NCBI GenBank assembly: GCA_964551325.1
Contig: CAZKBU010000008.1
Location: 82 to 64,081, forward strand
Direction: 5' to 3'
Length of the DNA stretch: 64,000 nt
Origin: an uncultured Bdellovibrionales bacterium
GTDB taxonomy: Bacteria; Bdellovibrionota; UBA1018; CAIPTA01
This document shows positions 24,055 to 32,595 of this stretch, in pieces. Within the stretch, counting starts at the first letter, position 1, and each line of letters begins with the position of its first letter. Made by a program: the position numbers and the translations under genes. The notes beneath the pieces are model-generated. The model made no database searches and was not told where the DNA came from. It saw only the letters and a list, made by a program, of their open reading frames with translations.

Positions 24055-27000
24055 GTGTTTCTCCTTTAGTTTCGTTTGCGATTATGCGGGCTCGGGATTG
24101 CCCGACCATCCAGTAGTAGAACACGGGCACGGCGAAGCGGCTGAGCACGGTGGCGGCCACCTCTCCGAAGATCAGGCTTACGGCGAGGCCCTGGAAGATG
24201 GGGTCGAAGAGCATCACGGAACTTCCTACGACCACGGCGGCGGCGGTGAGGAGCATCGGACGAAACCGCAACACACCGGCACTGATCACGGCATCGCGCA
24301 GCGGCATCCCGGTGCGGAGCTGATGCTCCACGAAGTCCACGAGGATGATGGAGTTACGCACGATGATTCCCGCGCCGGCGATGAAGCCGATCATGGAGGT
24401 AGCGGTGAAGTAGGAGCCGAGGACGGCGTGACCGGGCAAAATACCGATCAAGCTGATGGGAATGGGCGCCATGATCACGAGCGGCACGCTGAAGCTGCGG
24501 AACCAGCCGAGCACGAGCACATAAATGAGCACCATCACCACCGCAAAAGCGCCGCCGAGGTCGCGGAAGACTTCGTAGGTAATGAACCACTCCCCGTCCC
24601 ACTTTACCACCGGCTTGGACGTGTCGGACGGCACTTCGGCGGTGCGAATCTCGTAGGGAATCTTCGGTTCTAGTTTGAGGATTCCGTAAACCGGCGCCTC
24701 CTCCGCCCCGGAGAGCTCACTCATCACGTAGCTCACAGGCTTAAGGTTTTTACGATGAAGCACGTCGGTTTCTTCCACCTGGGCGGGCTTCAGAACCTTC
24801 GCGGCCTCCACGCTCCCCGACTCGAAGGAAGGAATCCGCAACCCGGAGAAAGGCTGGGCGTGGGAGCGAGCGGATTGCGCGAGCGACAGATCCACGCTGA
24901 CGTCCTCGGGCGACGACACGTCGCTCAGAGATGTAAGCGGAGTTTCGGAGAACACGAGGCGGCCGAGCTGCATGACTTCGGAGGCGCGGGTGCCGAGGAT
25001 GCCGCCGAGGGCTTGGTCGTATTGGTAAACGGCGCGGGGGCGTCCGGTGCGGAGGGTGGTATCGAGGTCCACTACGCTGGGTTCGGCGGCAAATACGGAG
25101 TGCACCTCGTTGGCCACGCGGCTGCGGGTGGCTTCGTCGGGTCCGTAAATTTCCGCGAGCATGGTGGCGAGCACGGGCGGGCCGGGCGGAATCTCGAGCA
25201 CTTTGGTGATCGCTTTCTTTTCGTCGCCGAATTTTTTAACCGCGGGGCGAATCCGCTCGATGATTTCGTGGCTGGAATGCTTTCGCTTTCCTTTGTCCTT
25301 GAGCACCACCTGGAGGTCGCTCAGGTGGTCGCCCTGGCGAAGGAAAGTGTGCTTCACCATGCCGGAGAAGGAATACGGTGCGGCCTCACCGGAATAGACC
25401 TGCACGGTTTCCACTTCCTCGTCCTGAAGCAGGCGTTGGGCGAGTTCCCGGGTGAGAGCCTTATTCGCGGCCAGCGTGGTGGTGGGCGGATAGTCCACGA
25501 GCACTTGAAACTCTTGCTTATTGTCGAACGGAAGCATCTTCACCTTCACGGCCTTGAAGTAGACGAGGGAAGCGGCGGCGAAGAAGAGAGCGGTAATGAG
25601 GGCTACGAACTTAGCCGACTTACGCCAGTTGCCGAGCAAGCCTTCCATCACCTTTTGGTAAGCGATGTCGAGTTTGCCGTGACTCTCCTCGTGGGCGCTC
25701 TGGTGATTCTTGAGGAGTTTCACCGCAGCCCAGGGCGTAACGATGAAGGCAACGAAGAGCGACAGAATCATCGCAAAGCTCGCGCCTACGGGGATCGGCG
25801 CCATGTAGGGTCCCATGAGACCGCGCACGAAGGCCATCGGAAGAATCGCCGCGATCACGGTGAAGGTGGCAAGGATGGTGGGATTGCCGACCTCGGAAAC
25901 GGCGCGAATGGTGGCTTTCAGGATCCCGTCGCCTTTCTTCATCTTCAGGTGACGTTCGATGTTTTCCACGACCACGATCGCATCGTCGACCAGGATTCCG
26001 ATGGAAAAGATGAGAGCGAAGAGCGTGACTCGGTTGAGGGTGTAGCCGAGGAACCAGTAGATGGCGAGAGTGAGCGCCAGGGTTACGGGAATGGCGGTGG
26101 CCACCACGAGCGCCGACCGCACTCCCATCACGATCGCGATGAGTACGGACACTGAAAGCGTGGCGAGGATGAGGTGCTCGATCAGCTCCATGGACTTATC
26201 GGCGGCGGTGGTGCCGTAGTTCCGCACCACAGTCATTTTCACGTCGGACGGGAGCGGGAGAGCCTCGGCGCGGTTCATGATGTCTTTCGCTAGCTCTACT
26301 ACGTTGGTGCCTTTCCGCTTGGCAAAAACGATGGAAACGGCCTCTTCGGGCCCGCGTTCTTTGGTTACGAGAACAGACGAGCGAACGAGTTCCTCGGGTC
26401 CGTCGGTCACTTGCGCTACGTCGCGCACTTGCACCACGCCGCCGCCGCGTTGGCCAACGGAGAGAGCCGCCACGTCGGCGGCGGATTTCAGTCGTCCACC
26501 GACCTCTACGTCGAACGCATTCGTTTCGCCCCAGTTTTTCCCGGAGGGGCCGTGGGCGTCGTTGGCGCGAATGGCTTCAGCGAGGGAGAGAAGCGACACT
26601 CCGCGGTTCGCCATGCGCACAGGATCCGCGATCACGCGCACGGCTCGCTTTTGCCCGCCGAGGAGATCGATGCGGGAAAGGTCGGGCGTGCTGGAAAGTT
26701 CCCGGGCGAGCGGCGCCACCAGGCTTCGGAGTTCGTATCCGGACTTCTGCGCCGAACTGAAGGAAACCACGAGGAAGGGCACGTCGTCGATCGAGAAGGC
26801 CTTTACGACCGAAGGCATCGATTCCCGCGGAAGCTCCTGCCGCACCAGCATGAGCTTGTGGTGAATTTTCACCAGGCTCGGCTCCATCGGCTCACCTACT
26901 TTGAACCGCACGGTCACAAGGCTGCCGTGGGCCTGGCTGCTGGAATACACGTATTCCACACCGTCGAGTCCCCAGACCGCGCGTTCGATCGGCTCCGTAA

Positions 27001-27205
27001 CTTTGCGCTCCACTTCCCGAGCGGTAAAGCCCGGGGCGGCGGTGCGAATGTCGATCATCGGCACGGAGATCTGCGGCTCCTCTTCTTTCGGCGTCATCCA
27101 CACGGCCATAAGACCGAGCAGAATGCTGGTGATCGCGATCACCGGAGTGAGCTTGGATTCGGCGAAGAGCGCCGCGAGTTTTCCTGCAAATCCTTGGTTT
27201 TTCAT
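24044..27205 (-). CDS. RND efflux transporter permease (AcrB/CzcA superfamily)
   Basis: 1053 aa. N-terminal TM, then a large periplasmic loop, and the duplicated 6-TM architecture. ...FSIGILVDDAIVVVENIERH... is the conserved TM4 region. Confidence 0.9.
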   Translation of the reverse strand: MKNQGFAGKLAALFAESKLTPVIAITSILLGLMAVWMTPKEEEPQISVPMIDIRTAAPGFTAREVERKVTEPIERAVWGLDGVEYVYSSSQAHGSLVTVRFKVGEPMEPSLVKIHHKLMLVRQELPRESMPSVVKAFSIDDVPFLVVSFSSAQKSGYELRSLVAPLARELSSTPDLSRIDLLGGQKRAVRVIADPVRMANRGVSLLSLAEAIRANDAHGPSGKNWGETNAFDVEVGGRLKSAADVAALSVGQRGGGVVQVRDVAQVTDGPEELVRSSVLVTKERGPEEAVSIVFAKRKGTNVVELAKDIMNRAEALPLPSDVKMTVVRNYGTTAADKSMELIEHLILATLSVSVLIAIVMGVRSALVVATAIPVTLALTLAIYWFLGYTLNRVTLFALIFSIGILVDDAIVVVENIERHLKMKKGDGILKATIRAVSEVGNPTILATFTVIAAILPMAFVRGLMGPYMAPIPVGASFAMILSLFVAFIVTPWAAVKLLKNHQSAHEESHGKLDIAYQKVMEGLLGNWRKSAKFVALITALFFAAASLVYFKAVKVKMLPFDNKQEFQVLVDYPPTTTLAANKALTRELAQRLLQDEEVETVQVYSGEAAPYSFSGMVKHTFLRQGDHLSDLQVVLKDKGKRKHSSHEIIERIRPAVKKFGDEKKAITKVLEIPPGPPVLATMLAEIYGPDEATRSRVANEVHSVFAAEPSVVDLDTTLRTGRPRAVYQYDQALGGILGTRASEVMQLGRLVFSETPLTSLSDVSSPEDVSVDLSLAQSARSHAQPFSGLRIPSFESGSVEAAKVLKPAQVEETDVLHRKNLKPVSYVMSELSGAEEAPVYGILKLEPKIPYEIRTAEVPSDTSKPVVKWDGEWFITYEVFRDLGGAFAVVMVLIYVLVLGWFRSFSVPLVIMAPIPISLIGILPGHAVLGSYFTATSMIGFIAGAGIIVRNSIILVDFVEHQLRTGMPLRDAVISAGVLRFRPMLLTAAAVVVGSSVMLFDPIFQGLAVSLIFGEVAATVLSRFAVPVFYYWMVGQSRARIIANETKGETHES

Positions 27206-28494
27206 AGACGTTGTTCCTTCGTGATGCGGGCGGCCTCGGTTTCGAGGAGCGCGATGCGGGCTTCCGTAGCGGAGGTGATGAGGTCGGTGCGGCGGGCTAA
27301 GGCCTCCACCAGCTGGAGCGCATTGATCGATCCGTTGCGAAACAGCCCTTCCGCCACTTTGGTTTGTTCGGTGAGAAGTTCGAGGCTCTTGTCCATGAGC
27401 GCGATGTTTTTCTTAAGGGCGGCGGCGCCTTCACGCAGGCCTCTGCGCTCGGCGCGTTCTCGCTCGGCGCTGGAGAAGGCGAAATTTTCGGCGGACGAGG
27501 CCAGAAGACGAGCTTCCTTCACTGCTCCGAACTGGGCAGGATTGAAAAGGCTCCACGAGAGATACACTCCCACGGCCTGCGCCGTTTCCGTCTTTCGACT
27601 TCCGCTCACGAGTTGTTGTTCCGCGAAAAGTCCTACGCGCGGAAGGAATCGCGAGCGCTCCACGGCGACCATCCGCGCGGCAGCGTCGGCCTTGGCGCGC
27701 TCAGCAAGGAGGCCGGGAGACTCGGAGTCGGCGCCTTCGGGAAACACTTCGTTCGCAAATTCCAGAATGCCTTGGGTGGAGGGCTGCCACCCGTCGCGCT
27801 CCATCCCCATCTCCTCCAGAGCGGCGCGGTTGGCGGAGGCAAGGGCTTTGTTCTGGGCGATCAGTCCCTCCAAGCGATGCGAGAGAGTGCGCAACCCCAG
27901 TAGCCCGGAATATCCCACAGGGTTTTGCTTGTTTCCCACCTCATAGCGTTGCAGCAGACGAAGAACACTTTGGTGAAGATCGCTGAGTTCACGGCGCTCG
28001 CTTTCGAGCGCCAGTAGTGAACCGTAGCTCTTTGCGGTTTCGGAGAAATGTTTTGTTTCGGCAGCCCTCGCCTCCCACTCCGCCGCGGTTTGCAGGTGAT
28101 CCGCGCCTTGAGCCATGGCCACCGGACCTCCTCCCTCAAAGAGCGGCAGGTCGATTCCCACGGCACCTCGGGTAAAGGTTTGGTGTCCAGGGTTGTTGAG
28201 TCGATCTGGAGCGAAGTCTTGGGCTTCCACGGCGCGTTGGCCGATGAGACCGAAGAGATTCTGACCGCCGTCGTTGGTGCGGTAGGTTTGCGCGCCGAGG
28301 TAAACGCGAGGAAGCCAGTGACGCGAGAAGCGCGAGGAAGCTGCGCCGGCAGCTTCCGCCTTTGCGTTGGCCGATTTTATTATTTTCGATCCCTCGCTCA
28401 CGGTGCGCCAGACCTGAGGAAAGGTGACCTCACGGGCCTGAGCGGGAACGGCTGCTAGGGCCACATTTGCCGCGATCAAAATTAAAATTCTCAT
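27202..28494 (-). CDS. TolC-family outer membrane efflux protein
   Basis: Signal peptide ...AAVPAQA. 430 aa with two helical-repeat halves (QTAAEWEARAAE..., ...RIALLETEAARI). ATGA overlaps with both the arsR-like and RND genes. Confidence 0.75.
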   Translation of the reverse strand: MRILILIAANVALAAVPAQAREVTFPQVWRTVSEGSKIIKSANAKAEAAGAASSRFSRHWLPRVYLGAQTYRTNDGGQNLFGLIGQRAVEAQDFAPDRLNNPGHQTFTRGAVGIDLPLFEGGGPVAMAQGADHLQTAAEWEARAAETKHFSETAKSYGSLLALESERRELSDLHQSVLRLLQRYEVGNKQNPVGYSGLLGLRTLSHRLEGLIAQNKALASANRAALEEMGMERDGWQPSTQGILEFANEVFPEGADSESPGLLAERAKADAAARMVAVERSRFLPRVGLFAEQQLVSGSRKTETAQAVGVYLSWSLFNPAQFGAVKEARLLASSAENFAFSSAERERAERRGLREGAAALKKNIALMDKSLELLTEQTKVAEGLFRNGSINALQLVEALARRTDLITSATEARIALLETEAARITKEQRL

Positions 28495-28850
28495 ATCGAT
28501 CCCTTCTTCAATTCTTTCTTGAGCGCCTGATTTTCACGCTCGATCAACTCCAAACGTTCCACCAGCAGGGACTGCACGAGATTGCAGGCGTCTTTGATGC
28601 GGGGAAGCGCCAGACTCAGCACTTGAAATGTTCCTTCGCGATGCCCTTTCACCAGACCGGCCTCACGGAGCACGGAAAGATGCTGGGAGAGATTCGCCTT
28701 CGGGATTTCGAGCTCCTCGAGCAGGTCCGTGCTCGTGAGCTCCTTTTGGGCGAGAAGATCGAGGATCTGGAGCCGAGTGGGATTGGCGAGCGCGCCGCAG
28801 ATTTGGGCCTGCATTTCGTAAACCTGATGTGTCTTCGATTTCACGGCCAT
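28491..28850 (-). CDS. ArsR/SmtB-family transcriptional regulator
   Basis: ICGALANPTRLQILDLLAQKELTSTDLLEELEIPKANLSQHLSVLREAGLV is the canonical ArsR wHTH. Confidence 0.85.
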   Translation of the reverse strand: MAVKSKTHQVYEMQAQICGALANPTRLQILDLLAQKELTSTDLLEELEIPKANLSQHLSVLREAGLVKGHREGTFQVLSLALPRIKDACNLVQSLLVERLELIERENQALKKELKKGSI

Positions 28851-28864
28851 AACTCCATTACTCC

Positions 28865-28890
28865 GTTAGTTTATATTTTTATATACTAAC
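28865..28890. promoter_or_regulatory. candidate ArsR operator (11-4-11 inverted repeat)
   Basis: GTTAGTTTATA-TTTT-TATATACTAAC, with one mismatch, lies 15 nt upstream of the arsR-like start in an AT-rich stretch. Confidence 0.45.
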
Positions 28891-28946
28891 ACACAAAAGA
28901 ACCAAGCGCCAGCCCGACTGGGGGATCTTTATATATCTATTTGATT

Positions 28947-29618
28947 TTATTCTGTTTTATTCGCGCTGGCCGGGTCGCCGAGCACCATCTCGCCCGTGCG
29001 CTTACAGGTTACATAGTCGTCGGCAAACACCCCGGCGCCCTCGGCCCGGGCGGTGGCGGAAATCGGCTTTTTGGCATCACTCTCCGGCGCCCAGCCGATG
29101 ATTCGGTAAGAGATCTCAAACAACACGTCGCCGGAGCTCGTGGTGCGCGCTTCCACGATCGAAGCCATCGAGCCCGGTTTCCCGGGATAACTCCGGGTGC
29201 GAATCACGGAAACAAATTGCCCGGTGGCGGGGTCTTTCTTCATCTGCTGAGCGGTGGCGTCCTCGTAGTGGGAACGAAAACGATCCACGGACTCGGGAAT
29301 CGACTGGTAGTGAAACTCCGTAGCCGTCACCTTGCGAGTCACGAAATCGTCGCTCTTAAACACGTGGCCTTTTTGCTTTTGGGTGCGGACGTCGCGGATC
29401 GCCCGTTCGTCTTGGTTGTTGTAGGTGATCGGCGCAAAGGTGGCCACTTCGCAGCGGAATCGCACGTGTTCCAGAGAGCCGGAAGCGGCGCCGAAGGGTT
29501 TTGCGGCTTGAAACTGCTCGCGGTAGTGGGTGATGGGCTCGGCCTTTCGCAAGGCACCGTCGGGGACAGAGTCGGCGAACGCGGGAATTGCAGCGAGAAG
29601 AACCAGAACGCGAATCAT
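28947..29618 (-). CDS. secreted hypothetical protein
   Basis: Signal peptide MIRVLVLLAAIPAFA and a balanced composition. The opposite-strand ORF 28941..29723 is R/G/H-rich shadow. Confidence 0.55.
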   Translation of the reverse strand: MIRVLVLLAAIPAFADSVPDGALRKAEPITHYREQFQAAKPFGAASGSLEHVRFRCEVATFAPITYNNQDERAIRDVRTQKQKGHVFKSDDFVTRKVTATEFHYQSIPESVDRFRSHYEDATAQQMKKDPATGQFVSVIRTRSYPGKPGSMASIVEARTTSSGDVLFEISYRIIGWAPESDAKKPISATARAEGAGVFADDYVTCKRTGEMVLGDPASANKTE

Positions 29619-29684
29619 GCGTTCAGGCTATCAGAAAGGTGGAGGGACTTCTTGTCGATTTCCCACACCTATAGGTTGGGTCGC

Positions 29685-30617
29685 TTACAACAAACCGAGA
29701 CGGGCGGCCGTGGAGAAAAATGATTCCACCCGGGCTGTAAGCCGAGCGCGTCCTGCGCTGGAGGCGGGGCTCGCGTCGATCGAAGCTTGAATGGCCGGGC
29801 GCCGGGCGTTCATCTCGCGGAGCAAACCGCTCACCAGATCTTTACCGTAGGCCCGGGCGATTTCTTCGAGACGCCAATCGTCGGACCAATCGTTGTCTTT
29901 GTTTTTGAAAAACTCCGGGTTCACCAGATTGGTGAGATCGAAGTCGTAGGCCACGTAAGCCACGAGCTCCTCTTTGGCATTCCGAAGCGCCCACACATTG
30001 TGTTCCATGGTGATATTTGCATCGGCGTTCTGCACGAAAAGCAGCGCCAGACGAATTTCCGCCATCACCAGATCGTAGGAACGGGCGGCGGTATCGGGCC
30101 CGACGCCGAGGCGACGAGCCGTGTCTTTCAGGTGCTCGGGAATCATGCCCGGTGCCTCGGTGAGGGAGCCGGAGTCGCTCGTGTAGCGGGCGTGAGTAAG
30201 TCGCACCATGGACGCGGGTAAGCCGCTTTCAAACAGCATGCGATAGACGGAGTATTCCAAATGCAGGCGCTCGATATACTCGGCAGAGTTTCGACAGTGG
30301 GTCACGTAGTGAATCGAGTTGTCGGCCCCGGCGAAAATCGTGCCCTCAAGCCCCGACTTCGGCAGCTTGATCTTAAAGGGCGGAACTTCCTCGCACATCT
30401 CCCGGCGTGCGTTGCCACGAGGCGACAGCTTCACGGAAATGGGACCAGTGTGGACATGCAAAGTGCCCTGGGTGTCTTGATTCACCTGAGGCAGGCCCGG
30501 CGCGCGGATCTCCCAGCGCAGCGGCTCCACAGAGGAATAAAGCGGAAGCGCGGAAGGGCGGTACCAGTCGGCGGCGGCCAGGAGGGGGGCTAAGGCCAGT
30601 AGCCAGATGTGTTTCAT
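29685..30617 (-). CDS. secreted hypothetical protein (weak CotH-like pattern)
   Basis: Signal peptide MKHIWLLALAPLLAAA. FKIKLPK..., LHLEYSVYRMLFESGLPAS..., EAPGMIPEHL... and AYVAYDFDLT loosely follow the CotH kinase-like family pattern. Confidence 0.3.
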   Translation of the reverse strand: MKHIWLLALAPLLAAADWYRPSALPLYSSVEPLRWEIRAPGLPQVNQDTQGTLHVHTGPISVKLSPRGNARREMCEEVPPFKIKLPKSGLEGTIFAGADNSIHYVTHCRNSAEYIERLHLEYSVYRMLFESGLPASMVRLTHARYTSDSGSLTEAPGMIPEHLKDTARRLGVGPDTAARSYDLVMAEIRLALLFVQNADANITMEHNVWALRNAKEELVAYVAYDFDLTNLVNPEFFKNKDNDWSDDWRLEEIARAYGKDLVSGLLREMNARRPAIQASIDASPASSAGRARLTARVESFFSTAARLGLL

Positions 30618-30692
30618 AGGGTCGGAATATAACCGACTTTAACGCTCCGCACAATCCTTGGTCTGGCGCCGCTCGCAGGATAAAAGTGATGT

Positions 30693-32150
30693 ATGTCCGG
30701 TAGCTTACCCATTCTCGACTACCTCCGCAGTTCGCCCGAGAGCGAAGGCCTCTACGATTTAGAGGGGGACGGCGGCCATGTGTGGCGCTGGAGCGACGGA
30801 CCAGAAACCACCCTCCACTTTCCGGCCGGCGAAGGGCAGTCTCTGAAGGCGAAACTCTATTCTCCCGTGACCGGCCTCCGCATCACTCTCTCTGCCAACG
30901 GGCAAACCCTCGATGAGTTCACTGTGGAGTCGGGCGGATCCGGATTCGAAACGCTGGTGAATCTTCCCGCCAGCGCCACTTCGTGTTCCTTCCGTTACTC
31001 GAAGTGGAACGCGGCCGGCACGGACATTCCCTCCGACCCTCGCGCCCTCGCCGTGAGCTTCAGCGTGCTGAAAATCGCGCCGAGGCGATTTTTCGAAACC
31101 AAGGTGTGCCCGTATCCGTTTTCCCAAATGGACATTCCTCCCTACGGCCCGTTCATCCCCTGCTGCTACACCTGGCTCACCGAGGAGTACTACGACTCCG
31201 AACCGCGGGAGTTCTACGAAACCACCCACGGACGGCACGACGCCTGGAACGGTCCCTGCGCCGTGGGCCTTCGCGACAAGATTCTCCAAGGCGACTACTC
31301 CTGGTGCCGCCGGGAAATCTGCAACGCCCGCCTCTATACTCTTGAGGAACTGGCACAGTATGCAGAGCGCCCCGAGCATCATGTGCCTCCCGTGAGTCCC
31401 GGCAATATCGCCGCCATGGCGCGCGGCGAGCACGTGCTCCCCGACGGCCCGGCCTACGCATCGATCACCGGAGATCCGCGCTGCAACCTCGCCTGCCCGA
31501 GCTGCCGGAAGGAAAAGATCGTTAAACTCGACGCCTACGGCGAAGAACTTCTCGGCCGCCTCGACGCCACTCTGAAAAAGCACGCCGCCACGATCCAGAT
31601 CATGAAGCTCGCCGGCGACGGTGAGGTGTTCTTCAGCCCCTACCTGCGCGATCTTCTGCAAAGTGCCGGAGATCGCTCGCGGTTCCCCGCTCTCCGCCAG
31701 ATCGACCTCATCACCAACGGCCTGCTTTGCACGCCAGACGCCTGGGAGCGTCTGCGGCCGGGCACCGATTTAATCAAGCGCATCTCCGTGAGCATCGACG
31801 CGGGCACCGCCGAAGTCTATCGCACCGTAAGAGGCGGTGACTGGGATCGGCTGGTGAAAAACCTCGAGTGGATGGGAGAAATGCGAAGGCAGGGAAAAAT
31901 CGAAGACCTCACGCTTCGCTTCGTAGTGCGGAAGGAAAACTTCCGCACGATCCCTGATTTTGTGAAGCTCGCCGAACGCGTAGGCGCCGACAGCGTGGAC
32001 CTCTCCCAGTTCGTGGAGTGGCGTACGTCGGGTCTTTCGTTCCGCGACGAAGCCGTTCACCTCCCCAGCCACCCGCTTCACAAGGAGCTCCTCGAGATCA
32101 CTCACAAAGCGCGCGACGGAGCGAAGGTAGGAGTCTATGCGAATTTCTAA
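30693..32150 (+). CDS. radical SAM enzyme with N-terminal extension
   Basis: CX3CX2C motif CNLACPSC at aa 264-271 (nt 31482-31505), followed by the glycine-rich AGDGEVF. An upstream Cys-rich segment spans aa 139-210. The N-terminal ~130 aa are unassigned. Confidence 0.75.
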   Translation: MSGSLPILDYLRSSPESEGLYDLEGDGGHVWRWSDGPETTLHFPAGEGQSLKAKLYSPVTGLRITLSANGQTLDEFTVESGGSGFETLVNLPASATSCSFRYSKWNAAGTDIPSDPRALAVSFSVLKIAPRRFFETKVCPYPFSQMDIPPYGPFIPCCYTWLTEEYYDSEPREFYETTHGRHDAWNGPCAVGLRDKILQGDYSWCRREICNARLYTLEELAQYAERPEHHVPPVSPGNIAAMARGEHVLPDGPAYASITGDPRCNLACPSCRKEKIVKLDAYGEELLGRLDATLKKHAATIQIMKLAGDGEVFFSPYLRDLLQSAGDRSRFPALRQIDLITNGLLCTPDAWERLRPGTDLIKRISVSIDAGTAEVYRTVRGGDWDRLVKNLEWMGEMRRQGKIEDLTLRFVVRKENFRTIPDFVKLAERVGADSVDLSQFVEWRTSGLSFRDEAVHLPSHPLHKELLEITHKARDGAKVGVYANF

Positions 32151-32595
32151 GCGGCATCTGGTGCTGGGCGGATCGGCCGCGCTCCTGGCCTGGGGCGCTG
32201 TGGCCGCGCTTCGCTTCTCCTCCCTCGCCCGCTTTTTTCCTACGGTCACGGCGATTTCTCCGCCGATGGTGCGGGTGCAGTTTCGGGTAGATGCTCCGGC
32301 TCGCGAGGGCGACCGTTATGCGGCCACACTTTTTGCACTCACATCGACAGGCCCAAAGGTATTTAAAGCAGGCGCATGGAATACCACCGAGGCCCGTCAG
32401 GGAGTGGAACTCACATTCTTTCCCGATGAATTGAAAAGCTTTGGAGCTAAACGTCTGGAGTTGAGCGTGTTTCGTTGCGCCAGCACTCACAATTGCAATG
32501 ATCCGGCGAATCGAGTGCGGATGGAGATCGAGGCGAGCGAGATTCCCTCCGCTCGTGACCACACGATTCAGTTGGATCCGATTTCAATTCCCTGA
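32137..32595 (+). CDS. membrane-anchored hypothetical protein
   Basis: AGGTAGGAG Shine-Dalgarno. Overlaps the radical SAM gene end by 14 nt. N-terminal hydrophobic LVLGGSAALLAWGAVAAL. Confidence 0.5.
   Translation: MRISKRHLVLGGSAALLAWGAVAALRFSSLARFFPTVTAISPPMVRVQFRVDAPAREGDRYAATLFALTSTGPKVFKAGAWNTTEARQGVELTFFPDELKSFGAKRLELSVFRCASTHNCNDPANRVRMEIEASEIPSARDHTIQLDPISIP

Noticed and set aside
24053-27946. Long plus-strand ORFs (24053..24673, 24755..26155, 26411..27946) opposite the RND and TolC genes.
   Set aside because: They are G/R/H/E-rich shadow ORFs with no motifs. The minus-strand frames encode unmistakable RND and TolC-family proteins.
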